Shown: positions 37,501 through 46,000 of the stretch, one piece after another
How positions within the stretch are numbered: position 1 is the first letter of the stretch
Layout of the letters: every line of letters begins with the position of its first letter
Source of the DNA: a virus
Taxonomy: Duplodnaviria; Caudoviricetes
Virus record (IMG/VR): IMGVR_UViG_3300025671_000087
Span: 1-53,840 of that record
DNA: 53,840 bases
Reading direction: 5' to 3' (one strand)
The notes under the pieces: generated by a model
What the model saw: the letters and a program-made list of their open reading frames with translations, nothing else
What the model was told of the DNA's origin: nothing
Database searches by the model: none
Made by a program: the position numbers and the translations under genes

Positions 37501-38433
37501 AAGGCAGCTCAACGTATGTTGACTGACTCTGAGTTCCGTAAAAGATTTATGTCAGGTATTCCTGACGATCTTTGGGTTGATCTTACAGTCCAGGTAGGTC
37601 CAGGGCAAGCACTGAGAGACCTTGACGATCTCGGAGCTTCTATGGGAAGATCTTGGCAGATGGCTAAAGATGGTGACTATGGTCCTCTTGCCTACAGTAT
37701 GCTTGCTGCATCAGGTTCGAAGGTAGTTTCTGGATTTACTCGCCATCTTGATCCAGTGAACACTGCTTATGGATTGCTTGAGGGTAAAGAGATGAACCCC
37801 GACCTTCGTCAAGGTAATAGATTTTTTAATGATGCAGGTCGTTACCTTAATCAACTTACCGGACAAGCAGAGGGTATGGAGAGAAGGGCTACACCTACAA
37901 GAGGCTTTGCTTCTGGAAAGGATGTAGATGTTGGTAAGCAACTAATGGTTAGGTCTTCTAAGAATCCTAACTTAGTTGAGGCTATGTTTAACTCAGCTGG
38001 TGCTAATATCTTTACCCAGGTTCGTTGGACTGGTCCTGCGAAAGTAAAGAACTACATGGACGGGATGTTAGCCCCTGCACTACAGACCCAGTCTGAATTG
38101 GCTATGGCTAAGTATCCTAATTACTTCAAGATGAGACAAGATCAAAAGGAACTTGTACTAAATGAGGTTAGAGAGGGTGCCAAGGCTATGGTAGTCAATC
38201 AGATGGAGAATGGTGGCCAAGTACCTCAAACAATGGATGTTGTAAGAAAACTTAGCAGTAAGAAAAAAGTAGTGGAAAAAGTATTAAACCTTCTACCATT
38301 TGAATTTGGAAGCACTGATACCTACGATCAAAAGATGGAGAAGATACTAGAGATGGAGGATGGTTATCAACAACTCTTAAAGATTAAAAATCTTGTTGAT
38401 ACCTACGACGACTGGAACAAAGTAGTTCAATAA
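34543..38433 (+). CDS. large internal virion protein (T7 gp16-like position)
   Basis: 1296 aa; last gene of the structural arm; N-terminal (G)FTLxDL repeats. Confidence 0.7.
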   Translation: MADGFTLADLEKDVVVPDVEPIITTLETTTEPTSEVPELTPEVPVSEQPTVEVPTEGEPTSEGFTLGDLYPQTGVSETPVQQAQDLSSPFTLKDLQVPFGGFTLEAEDRFLNVYDIFDKYDNKPLTKEDIIADPDLMEIVYQSLEARFPESTTFGKVTKSVAGVMGGATGGSALMNRNYRAMEPEKAFEIYQNYQRTFDAAQSVTVANEITYTLGADDETKRRLAGGYLLFNQMGNIFTGEGSWPEMFDGIVDYTSAAVWDPVTILSFGIGKVLTAGGTKATGAALQKMLTAAYTDAIEKGATKKAATIAISNAMAKAMPMATVDGAFALGQDFGRQMQLIEVGAQDEYSKAEGALTAAGSMLFPVVAGGSALFKEARRSPFAKNTILSYQNIDKMIKKHGPDEAWKKLGQALDKNGLFQSLDEQFGTLSARGKINFLPWEQAKDEADRLIASRGEKRRDLAATNAFSKFFWFGDPENGVKGYFEALNDAGFVMHPEIIKKYKTTGAFARTIRFINPSKLDKMVKTWEEETGYVLDGVRTEKGKVSPAMMEAVMKNSTSLAGENLWIASELSRLQKAGVSNKGMLELYKRIQPSEGPQHNQAALSLYKRLITSHLSTTGANLQGFKTLVSLNTAADFVAGAIDLSRGAIAKGLGNEEAAVNFYNRAYGEWGGSFRRVADALSPDIPIEYADAVLAMNPKIAEKLFRDIAGDGGVTDSLEMFNLDGASYKKRLKDAGPVRTAIGKTEEFLWKGADAYTKGVQTLTLARLQDNLTKRFAFGTNLNQGIMKKYGVTPEEFFSNPDVEFTMAKPEFREIMEQAAYRTMRETASVNWSTLPATNFMRKSARFIETVTNRSMGGYVVPFGSFLNTTIATAGDLSGVNYLRYVTAKTIGKQIDPVTDDGVELFSKMVVGWGAVSYGVGGQIGFETETGDSAVERIESGLSWKQDRQDDGTVRNREFEWPISLIRASSQAIAHGMIETGEMDMSKAAQRMLTDSEFRKRFMSGIPDDLWVDLTVQVGPGQALRDLDDLGASMGRSWQMAKDGDYGPLAYSMLAASGSKVVSGFTRHLDPVNTAYGLLEGKEMNPDLRQGNRFFNDAGRYLNQLTGQAEGMERRATPTRGFASGKDVDVGKQLMVRSSKNPNLVEAMFNSAGANIFTQVRWTGPAKVKNYMDGMLAPALQTQSELAMAKYPNYFKMRQDQKELVLNEVREGAKAMVVNQMENGGQVPQTMDVVRKLSSKKKVVEKVLNLLPFEFGSTDTYDQKMEKILEMEDGYQQLLKIKNLVDTYDDWNKVVQ

Positions 38434-38437
38434 ATTA

Positions 38438-38464
38438 AGGGGGCTTAACGCCCCCTCTTTTTTT
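38438..38464. terminator. terminator at the convergence of the two arms
   Basis: AGGGGGC-TTAAC-GCCCCCT followed by C and T7. Confidence 0.8.
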
Positions 38465-38669
38465 AAGTATCTTCATCCAGCATGTAGTCTGCCCAGTCGT
38501 ATGCTTGTTTCTTTATATCCCGCATATTGTTACTGGATCTTGCACCTGCTAGAAGACCAGTTAAAGCCTGGCCAGCAAGATATATCCTTGCTGTCAGACC
38601 TTTGCTTGAAACAATTTTACGTTTTTGTTGAGTAAACTTTTTTGCCTCTTTCTCTAAATCCTCTTTCAA
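38463..38669 (-). CDS. hypothetical protein
   Basis: AGGAG SD; YLAGQALTGLL...AYDWADYML. Confidence 0.7.
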   Translation of the reverse strand: MKEDLEKEAKKFTQQKRKIVSSKGLTARIYLAGQALTGLLAGARSSNNMRDIKKQAYDWADYMLDEDT

Positions 38670-38697
38670 CTACCAACTCCTTGTTTTAGGGATGGCC

Positions 38698-38916
38698 TTA
38701 CTCTTTGCTTTGAAGTTGAATAAGTGCTTCCAAATACCATCGTGCTTTTTTTAAATCCTCTAGACCATTCTTATACCTCCAACGGTGCAAGTATTTAGCA
38801 ACGTTACCCCTATAATAACCTATTAGCTCCTCATCTGTCAAGATGTCTTTAATATATGTGATACACTCGATATCACCCTGACCATAGTGTGGAGGTTTAT
38901 TTACGTTATCACTCAT
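38698..38916 (-). CDS. DUF3310 family protein (T7 gp1.7-like)
   Basis: VNKPPHYG...IECI...GNVAKYLHRW..KNG.EDLKKARWYL. Confidence 0.9.
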   Translation of the reverse strand: MSDNVNKPPHYGQGDIECITYIKDILTDEELIGYYRGNVAKYLHRWRYKNGLEDLKKARWYLEALIQLQSKE

Positions 38917-39359
38917 AGTTTTACTAGCTCTGCTTTTGTATACGGGATGTGGAAGAATAATTCTCCAGGTTTAATGTACCGACCTTTAGCTTCTTTTAAG
39001 CTTTCTTTGGTAAGTAACGTATCTTTAATACGCCAGGCTTGTTTTAGATCCTTACGAAAGACGTAAAAGTTTAGCACTCCATCGTTGCCCTCATACTTAT
39101 CTAGTAGGCGTTGCTTACGTTCTGGTATACGTATCTCATCCCAATGTTCAGGCCAATCGTTTTCCCAAGCTACTTTAACTTCAGCTTCATTGAAGAATGT
39201 TAGCCCGTGTTTTTGCGAGACAACGTCTACAAAGTAGTTTTCTTCTGTATTTACGATAACATGCTTTTTAGATTTTAGGTGGGATACAAGAGCATCCTTA
39301 GCTTGTTTGTCGTAAGCCTCGTACAAGGCTCTGTTAAAATTCTTTCTCACTGCCGCCAT
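38913..39359 (-). CDS. hypothetical protein, possible PD-(D/E)XK fold
   Basis: VDVV...EAEVK pattern. Confidence 0.65.
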   Translation of the reverse strand: MAAVRKNFNRALYEAYDKQAKDALVSHLKSKKHVIVNTEENYFVDVVSQKHGLTFFNEAEVKVAWENDWPEHWDEIRIPERKQRLLDKYEGNDGVLNFYVFRKDLKQAWRIKDTLLTKESLKEAKGRYIKPGELFFHIPYTKAELVKL

Positions 39360-39579
39360 TTAAAAGCTCCCTTAATTCCCTATAACCACCTACGTGACCA
39401 CCTTTGTCATCAAAGATTTGAGGTACTGTACTGAGATTTGTCTTCTTTAGCAAGGTTAAAATCCATTTAGAACTGGTAGAATGGACATTATATTCTACAT
39501 AACCAATGTTTTTATTCTTTAGCATTGCTTTAGCTAAGTCACAAAAGTTACACTGCTCTCTAGTTATCACCACATACAT
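39334..39579 (-). CDS. grx: glutaredoxin
   Basis: CNFC, TVPQIF and VGGY motifs; next to the RNR. Confidence 0.9.
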   Translation of the reverse strand: MYVVITREQCNFCDLAKAMLKNKNIGYVEYNVHSTSSKWILTLLKKTNLSTVPQIFDDKGGHVGGYRELRELLNGGSEKEF

Positions 39580-39760
39580 TGTGTTCTTTTCTCCAATTCA
39601 GTTCACGTAACAGTTTCTTTTGCTCATAGTCCGACATTATCATCCAGTCCCTAATCTCGTCTATGGTCCTTAAACACCCTGCGCAGTACCCGTCTTTTAT
39701 CTGACAGATCTTTACGCAGGGTGAGGGTGTAGACCCTACACTAGGTCTACGATTTCGCAT
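39560..39760 (-). CDS. DUF1289 family protein
   Basis: SPCVKIC...CAGCLRTIDEIRDW; ATG at 39760. Confidence 0.8.
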   Translation of the reverse strand: MRNRRPSVGSTPSPCVKICQIKDGYCAGCLRTIDEIRDWMIMSDYEQKKLLRELNWRKEHNVCGDN

Positions 39761-41631
39761 GAGTCGCCAGTGCAAGCAAGTGTCTGACTCCCAGAAGTAT
39801 TATCTTCGTTCTCATACTCGGAGAGTTTAGACCAGTCGATAGACTTAGGCATGAGAGACTTGAGAGAGTTGTAATCACTCTTACCTACTTCTTGATAAGG
39901 TGCTTGCTGATACGTGTGTTCATTGTATGGTAGGAATGATACACCAGACATCTCGTCAAAATATTTGTAAACAAATGCACCTACTTCCATCCACTCCTCT
40001 GACTTTACGTTTATAGTCACTGAAGGTTTATGTTCACACCAATGCCTTTGATACTGTAGCCACATCTTTAACTGTTCAATAGCAGAGATGTCCGATGTAC
40101 ATACAGCACCTTTAGGTGCCATCTGAGGAAAACTAAAGACTGTAGTCTGCTCAGGTTTAAACACATCAGGCTCATTAGGAATGCCTTGGTCAATCATAAA
40201 CTGTGTCAGAGGATCTTTGTTATCACCACGAACAGTCCGAATATAATAGGGGCTGTGACGAGCATGAATACCAGAAGAGGAGTCAACCAACTGTGATACT
40301 GTTCCCGAAGGTTTAACGCAGCTGATAGCAGCAGCAACAGGGATGCCAAGGCGTTTAGCCCACTCAGCATTAGTAGCCACGGCCAAAGATCTAAGTTTGC
40401 CAAGAGTTTTCTCCAATCCCACATTCTTTGTTGTCATTAAAGGGTTATCCATAATGCCAGTAAGAGACACACCAAGTAGACGTTCATCTTCAGTATTGTC
40501 TGCCCACTTCTTACGTAAGTAAGGAAACTTGGTATAGGTAGATTGAATTGTACCTAAGATAGTGGCTAGGCGTACTTTCTCCTCCAAAGTTTCTAAAGTA
40601 TCTGTAGCACGTACTACACACTCTGTTAAGTTGCAAAATTGCATCGGTCGTAGTATAATTTCCGAACAAGGATTTGTACCAAAATCATAGTTAGGATCAC
40701 GTCTACCATTTAATCCAGCTTGTTTCTTAGATGCTTCACGGTTAAAGATACCACGTTCACCAGAACCAGACTCAACTAAAGCCATCCACTCACGCATAAA
40801 AGAGACACTGTCTGGTTTTTCAGTGTAGGAGACAGAGTTGTTAGCCAAGGCACGTTGTGGATTATTCTCCCACCATTGTCCTGACTTAGCATGACGCATC
40901 CGGTCATCACTCAAATTAGACAGACTGATCATTGCACTGCGGCGTACACCACCTACAACTACTACCTCACCAATCTTACACATAATATCGTGACACTCGA
41001 TAGAGCTGAGTTTACGTCCTGAAGCTTTCTTGAAAGTGCTAATAGTAAAGTTAAACAGGTCAACCAAAGGGGCTGGACCAGAAGCCCTACCACCAAAAGT
41101 TTTAAGAGGTGCTCCAGCTGGACGTACCTTAGACACATCCCAAGTTGGGATCTCACCAGAGTATAGGAGTGCAATCAATTGACGAAGAGCCTTAGCCCAC
41201 CCCTCCTTGGAGTCCTTGACGACGATATTAGTCTCACTGTCGAAGAGTTGAGGAACATCTGGAAGCTTGTTGATGGCTTGCCTCTCTACACTGAAGCCAA
41301 CTCCCGTGCCACAGAGGAGGATAAACATAGCCTCATCGAAGGACTTAAGGTCATCTACGGGTAGGTAGCTACAGTTGTACATACAGGTATTGTCCCTGTC
41401 TGCTGCAGGTCCGGCAGTCATAAGAGATCGCATAGAGGGCATTACCTCTAGACCTAGAATAGCCTGTTCTAGTTTAAACTTTGTTTCTGAATCCACCAAG
41501 TCTCGAACTACATTAGTCATAAAACGAGATACGGTATCACTCCAGGATTCACGGCCAGATCCTTCACGGTACTTTGCATACCGTGACTTGTGGATAAAAG
41601 CCTGGTAATCTGTTGGTAGTTGGTTATTCAT
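39736..41631 (-). CDS. nrdJ: ribonucleotide reductase, class II (adenosylcobalamin-dependent)
   Basis: YNCSY, GGVRRSA, TNPCSEI, CNL, VKPSGT and C-terminal CTGDSC; no beta-subunit gene in the window. Confidence 0.9.
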   Translation of the reverse strand: MNNQLPTDYQAFIHKSRYAKYREGSGRESWSDTVSRFMTNVVRDLVDSETKFKLEQAILGLEVMPSMRSLMTAGPAADRDNTCMYNCSYLPVDDLKSFDEAMFILLCGTGVGFSVERQAINKLPDVPQLFDSETNIVVKDSKEGWAKALRQLIALLYSGEIPTWDVSKVRPAGAPLKTFGGRASGPAPLVDLFNFTISTFKKASGRKLSSIECHDIMCKIGEVVVVGGVRRSAMISLSNLSDDRMRHAKSGQWWENNPQRALANNSVSYTEKPDSVSFMREWMALVESGSGERGIFNREASKKQAGLNGRRDPNYDFGTNPCSEIILRPMQFCNLTECVVRATDTLETLEEKVRLATILGTIQSTYTKFPYLRKKWADNTEDERLLGVSLTGIMDNPLMTTKNVGLEKTLGKLRSLAVATNAEWAKRLGIPVAAAISCVKPSGTVSQLVDSSSGIHARHSPYYIRTVRGDNKDPLTQFMIDQGIPNEPDVFKPEQTTVFSFPQMAPKGAVCTSDISAIEQLKMWLQYQRHWCEHKPSVTINVKSEEWMEVGAFVYKYFDEMSGVSFLPYNEHTYQQAPYQEVGKSDYNSLKSLMPKSIDWSKLSEYENEDNTSGSQTLACTGDSCEIVDLV

Positions 41632-41984
41632 CTTTTATCCCCTGACCCTTTTAATTTACCACGTTGTTGTCTGTCACGTAGCTTTTTTAAATTATTATCC
41701 GCAACTGCACTGAGATCTACATTTAGATCTCGACATAGTGCTGCAATATACCAAAGACAGTCACCCACTTCGTCTGCAATTGCATCACGATCAAACTGAC
41801 CGTCACGCATGATCTTCTTAACCTTGTTAGCTACCTCACCAGCTTCAGCTGCTAGGCCAAGGGCTGGGTAGATTATCGCATGCTCTGACTTATAAATAGC
41901 AGTAGCTGCTGCGGCATTTTGGTAGTCATTTAACTGACCTGAGTCATAAAAATCCCAGGCATCTATATCAACTTGGCTTATCAT
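41628..41984 (-). CDS. mazG: MazG-like nucleotide pyrophosphohydrolase
   Basis: LGLAAEAGEVANKVKK...DEVGDCLWY. Confidence 0.85.
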   Translation of the reverse strand: MISQVDIDAWDFYDSGQLNDYQNAAAATAIYKSEHAIIYPALGLAAEAGEVANKVKKIMRDGQFDRDAIADEVGDCLWYIAALCRDLNVDLSAVADNNLKKLRDRQQRGKLKGSGDKR

Positions 41985-42135
41985 ATCTAACCTCACACTC
42001 CTCTACAACGATATCGTCTATGTCGTACAAGCTTCCCTGTACGAGTTCTGAGATTACCTCAGCATTATTCCCGAATGTTTCTAAAAAGTTTGCACTAGGG
42101 TCTACTTTTATTATTATATTTAGCTCGAACCTCAT
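41968..42135 (-). CDS. small acidic protein (55 aa, not in ORF track)
   Basis: AGGAG SD; MRFELNIIIKVDPSANFLE...VEECEVRYDKPS. Confidence 0.7.
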   Translation of the reverse strand: MRFELNIIIKVDPSANFLETFGNNAEVISELVQGSLYDIDDIVVEECEVRYDKPS

Positions 42136-42146
42136 CAGCAAGACTC

Positions 42147-42398
42147 CTAGTTATACTCAGGATCAGATGTCATGTCAACAATAATAGGGTCGATGGATTC
42201 GGAAAAATGTTTCTGCCACTCATAAGCAGAATCGAAATCGTCAAACCAAAAATTATCGTCAGCAATCTCACCGTTAATCTCTGTTTTACACACCATGAAG
42301 TACTTAGAACCTTCTGGAGCATTGTCAAGGTGCTCGGGATCGTAGATATCATTGATTGATGTTGGACCCTGTAGCACTCCCCATATTTTTACTTCCAT
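42147..42398 (-). CDS. hypothetical acidic protein
   Basis: In operon order; overlaps its neighbour. Confidence 0.7.
   Translation of the reverse strand: MEVKIWGVLQGPTSINDIYDPEHLDNAPEGSKYFMVCKTEINGEIADDNFWFDDFDSAYEWQKHFSESIDPIIVDMTSDPEYN
42150..42178 (-). promoter_or_regulatory. internal promoter for the nucleotide-metabolism genes
   Basis: TTGACA-N17-TATAAC(T) inside the 3' end of the upstream ORF. Confidence 0.7.
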
Positions 42399-42730
42399 TT
42401 CTTTAACAACTCCATGTAGTGATCAAGACTTACCATTGTAATCCATTCCTTTCTGTCTGCCCGAAAGAAAACAACTGGTTCACCTTTACCATGCTTCCTG
42501 GCTTGTTCAATGTAATCGTAGGCCATCTTCATTCCAGACTTCCTACGTTTTACTTCGATAGTAATCGGAATCTTTTTTCTAGCTGCGGGAGACAGCTGGA
42601 TGTCTTCTCCAGTGTCTCCCATAGTAGTAGACTTAACGTCATCAGGTTCTAGGTCAGGAAAGTTCTCTAGTATGGTATCCCTGATTTCGTTCTGTCCAGT
42701 TCTGCCCTTAGCCTTAGCTGCCCGTGTCAT
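42389..42730 (-). CDS. Holliday junction resolvase-like PD-(D/E)XK endonuclease
   Basis: KAKGR...GEDI...IEVKRR...EQA...PVVFFR. Confidence 0.8.
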   Translation of the reverse strand: MTRAAKAKGRTGQNEIRDTILENFPDLEPDDVKSTTMGDTGEDIQLSPAARKKIPITIEVKRRKSGMKMAYDYIEQARKHGKGEPVVFFRADRKEWITMVSLDHYMELLKKWK

Positions 42731-43577
42731 CGAACACCTCATCAACCTTGGGTTCTTTTTCTACGTGCACCAAGTACTCAATGCCGTATGAGTATTTGAA
42801 CATACGCAGATTGGGCCAACAGATCTTTTTGTATTCACAGAATTGACAGGACTTGTCCAGCTTCGTGTTAGGACTTGCCTTGCTTGCAGGTACTGGTTGA
42901 ATACGATCTGTAGGTAAATCACCTGCAACCAGATCTTTGGCTGCAAGCATCTCTTGTTCTTTGGTCTTCAGGTCTTCAGTAAAGTCATGTACGTCTAGGC
43001 AGATCTCACCACTAACCTTATCAACAGCAAGGAAAGCCCCGTGTGTTTTGTTTGTAACTAGTGGGTCGTCCTTACCTGCATAGACATAGGAACTAAGTTG
43101 GCTAATGTAACCAAACGCATCGTTATCACGGAGTGATCCGTCTTTAAATTTCTTGAAAGCAAAAGGGCTGCAGGACTTAACATCTACAGTCATACCGTCA
43201 ATAACACAGTCACGGTGGCCACGAATACCATGTACGGTCAGCCTATCCTGGGAGCCTTCCATACTGTGACCAGAGGCTGTAACCATAGACAGTATCAGCT
43301 CTTCAATCATGTCCCCGTAGAAGAAACGGAGAAGTAGGTTAGCACTGAGTGGTTCGCCTGTGCCTGGCTTGTTTACCTTGTACCACAACTTACGTTTGCA
43401 CGGTGTGCCTATGGACGAAAGAGATAGATACCCACGAGGCTCTTGTGGCTTACTAAATCTTTTGTTGGCTGACATGGCGATATTGTTTCCTAGAATAGAA
43501 CCTATCGTGCCGTTCCAACCACCCAGTCCATAGATCACGGACTCGATGTCTTCTACTAGTGTATCAATCTTTTTCAT
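42714..43577 (-). CDS. PD-(D/E)XK (Cas4-like) exonuclease
   Basis: SSIGTPCKRKLWY, GHRDCVIDG, DVKS, QLSSY, CQFCEYKKIC. Confidence 0.8.
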   Translation of the reverse strand: MKKIDTLVEDIESVIYGLGGWNGTIGSILGNNIAMSANKRFSKPQEPRGYLSLSSIGTPCKRKLWYKVNKPGTGEPLSANLLLRFFYGDMIEELILSMVTASGHSMEGSQDRLTVHGIRGHRDCVIDGMTVDVKSCSPFAFKKFKDGSLRDNDAFGYISQLSSYVYAGKDDPLVTNKTHGAFLAVDKVSGEICLDVHDFTEDLKTKEQEMLAAKDLVAGDLPTDRIQPVPASKASPNTKLDKSCQFCEYKKICWPNLRMFKYSYGIEYLVHVEKEPKVDEVFDDTGS

Positions 43578-43595
43578 ATTATATCCTTAAAGTTA

Positions 43596-43615
43596 TGGCC
43601 CCCCGAAGGGGGCCA
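43596..43615 (-). terminator. C(UUCG)G hairpin after ssb (weak terminator or stabiliser)
   Basis: TGGCCCCC-TTCG-GGGGGCCA on the - strand; poor U tract. Confidence 0.55.
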
Positions 43616-43635
43616 CTAGTTGTTTTTGGAGGAGG

Positions 43636-44136
43636 TTAAAACAACACTTCGCCTTCTTGTTTAGCTGCAGTGGGTGGCGAAGTAGTTTCCCCTGCAGTAT
43701 CCCTGACATAATCTACCTTATCAAGCACAATAACTTTATCAAGCCGTGTGCCGACAATAGCAGGTCGGCTAGTGTCATAGACGGACAGCTCCACTTCTAC
43801 TGTAGATCCATTACCAATAGAGCCATCGGTATCAAGGTCGTAAGGGCTGCCATCAGCCCAAGTAACAATAGGCGCACCACTGTCCCAATCCCTTCCTGTA
43901 TCATACTTACGGATAAACTTAACCTTAGTCCCACGTCCTTGAGGGTCAGCTGACCCCTTCTTCATAGAACGTGATGCCTTTAGTGCAGTTAGGTTGTCAT
44001 CATCCATGATAACATCAATTGTGCAAGCGCCGTCATGATCCCTGTACACACCATCAAAACCTTCCATGTCACGGTTTTGTGGAAATACTTTTGCCCATTC
44101 AGCAATGCCTGATACTTTTACTTTACGTGTAGCCAT
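43636..44136 (-). CDS. single-stranded DNA-binding protein (T7 gp2.5-like)
   Basis: GGAGGG SD before ATG 44136; IGNGS motif; acidic tail ending in Phe. Confidence 0.7.
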   Translation of the reverse strand: MATRKVKVSGIAEWAKVFPQNRDMEGFDGVYRDHDGACTIDVIMDDDNLTALKASRSMKKGSADPQGRGTKVKFIRKYDTGRDWDSGAPIVTWADGSPYDLDTDGSIGNGSTVEVELSVYDTSRPAIVGTRLDKVIVLDKVDYVRDTAGETTSPPTAAKQEGEVLF

Positions 44137-44152
44137 TTGGCCCTCCATTACG

Positions 44153-46000
44153 TTAGTGTACTTCACTATACTTATGACCATATTGTACGTCAATACCCAA
44201 GTCAACATTTAATTTAAGCTCTTGATTAAGTTTTTCAATAGCCCAGGTCAATGTTTTTGTATGCTCATCCTGCTCTCCTTCCTTAACAAGGTTAATAGAT
44301 TCATCATGAAACTGACCTATGATATTAGGTCTGCGTGATCTGTAGTAAGCAACCCACTTATCAAAGCAATAGGCTCCGGTGGATTGATTGAGTGTAGAGA
44401 ATACATCCTTCTCATAACGGAGTGAATGCCAGAAACCACTGACAGGGTTTTGTACCCACATCTCTCCGTTGATCTGTCTGACCTTCTGATCCTCAGCAAA
44501 TGCTTTGACAGACCAATTACGTTCCCAGTATGCATCCAAGATAGATTGTGCATGAGGGACAGCCATGCCAGTAGTACGGGACAACTTAGCTGCACCAACT
44601 CCGTAAGTAGCAGAATAGTTAACTACCTTGTAGTTCTTGCGTAGTGCCTTCAACTCTGGACGTTGACCTTGGTTATAAGAATCAATGTCAGACTGTTTGA
44701 TAGCACCTGCATGTTTAGCCAAGTCAAGGTGTGGATCAAAACCTTCTTGAGACATCTCTTGCACATAGTCAGGATCGTAAGGGTGCATGTAGTGCCTCTT
44801 GGTTGTATCTTCAAGGGATGTCATATCAGCACCGCAGAGGACGTAACCCTCTGGAGCAATCAAGCAACCACGTACTTCTTTGCCCCACGGCCTGTCTACC
44901 CCAGGAAGGTTGACTAGTGGTTTCTTGTGTTTGAAACGGAGAGTGTTGGTAAGTCCAGAAATTTCTGCTTTAACATAGCCACCTTGTTCACATTCGAGAA
45001 ATGCTTCGAAGATCTTAAGTCTATGCTGCAGGACGGTCAGACCTCCAAGAACTTCAACAGCAGGGTTGTTCTCTGCTATCAGTTTTACTGAGTCGGTCAG
45101 CTCTCCATCTTTACGTACTTGAGGTATCTTCTTCTCTTCGCCAGTCTCCTTGTTTCTATCGTATTTAAATGTGCAAGGCTCCCAACCCATAGAGTATAGC
45201 CAGTCCTTGACCTGATCAGTAGAGTTTGGATTAGGTTCATTCCAACCCTTGATAACCTCTACCTCACCGTCAAAGTGTGGTGGTAGGCTCTGCTCTTTAA
45301 GGAGATCAAACCAACGTTGACCATGAGCCGATGCTGTACCGTCCTTACGGAAACAGTTCTTTGGCTTAGTCTTCTTTGAAGTGACCTTACGTTTGGGCAT
45401 GACTGCACTTAGCTCAGATTCCTTATGAGACTTCTGCTTGGTGATGTCGTCTACACATCTCTGTGCAAGATCTACATCTAGCTTCCATCCAAGGCTCTCA
45501 GCTGTTGCAGCACAGTTCATCTTAAACTCCAGATACCGGAAGAACCGATCCAGATTTGACTTGTCCTTGTAGATGAACATAAATCTCTTTAGAAGATTTT
45601 GCCACAAGCACCAATTGATTTTTACATCCTCTGTACATCTGTGTGTATACTCCTCAAGGGTTAAGTTTTCCCAGTCATCAATCTTAGGTTTAGGAATACC
45701 GAAATCCTCACCAAAAGAATCAAGACCATGTTTTGACCTATCGTAATTTAATACCCAAGACATTGGCAGTGTGTCAAAGAGACGTGCTGTCACCTTGATA
45801 CCCAAGATCTTTTCTACAAGTGGTACATCATACCTGATAATGTTGTGACCAATCAGACCTGGCTGATTGAGTAGGAGATCACGCATAGCAGAGTAATCAT
45901 GCAAACTGTGGTAAGTTTTACCATCATGGGTATAGGATAAGCAGTGTATCTTTGTAGCCTGATCAAGTAGTCCGTCAGCTTCTACATCAAATACAATCAT
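44153..46000 (-). CDS. polA: DNA polymerase I (family A, T7-like)
   Basis: Exo motifs FDVEAD, GHNIIRYD, RCTEDV; motif A GADMTSLE, motif B KVVNYSATYG, motif C FHDE. Confidence 0.95.
   Translation of the reverse strand: MIVFDVEADGLLDQATKIHCLSYTHDGKTYHSLHDYSAMRDLLLNQPGLIGHNIIRYDVPLVEKILGIKVTARLFDTLPMSWVLNYDRSKHGLDSFGEDFGIPKPKIDDWENLTLEEYTHRCTEDVKINWCLWQNLLKRFMFIYKDKSNLDRFFRYLEFKMNCAATAESLGWKLDVDLAQRCVDDITKQKSHKESELSAVMPKRKVTSKKTKPKNCFRKDGTASAHGQRWFDLLKEQSLPPHFDGEVEVIKGWNEPNPNSTDQVKDWLYSMGWEPCTFKYDRNKETGEEKKIPQVRKDGELTDSVKLIAENNPAVEVLGGLTVLQHRLKIFEAFLECEQGGYVKAEISGLTNTLRFKHKKPLVNLPGVDRPWGKEVRGCLIAPEGYVLCGADMTSLEDTTKRHYMHPYDPDYVQEMSQEGFDPHLDLAKHAGAIKQSDIDSYNQGQRPELKALRKNYKVVNYSATYGVGAAKLSRTTGMAVPHAQSILDAYWERNWSVKAFAEDQKVRQINGEMWVQNPVSGFWHSLRYEKDVFSTLNQSTGAYCFDKWVAYYRSRRPNIIGQFHDESINLVKEGEQDEHTKTLTWAIEKLNQELKLNVDLGIDVQYGHKYSEVH
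44165..44193 (-). promoter_or_regulatory. internal promoter for ssb inside the polymerase 3' end
   Basis: TTGACG-N17-TATAGT. Confidence 0.6.

Noticed and set aside
43575-43596. Resemblance to the T7 g10 leader (TAACTTTAAG-GATATAATATG), as possible vector contamination or enhancer
   Set aside because: Only a short partial match in a native context; cannot be distinguished from chance.
39736-46000. Introns or inteins in nrdJ or polA (also checked terL)
   Set aside because: The ORFs are continuous, of normal length, and lack intein or homing endonuclease motifs.
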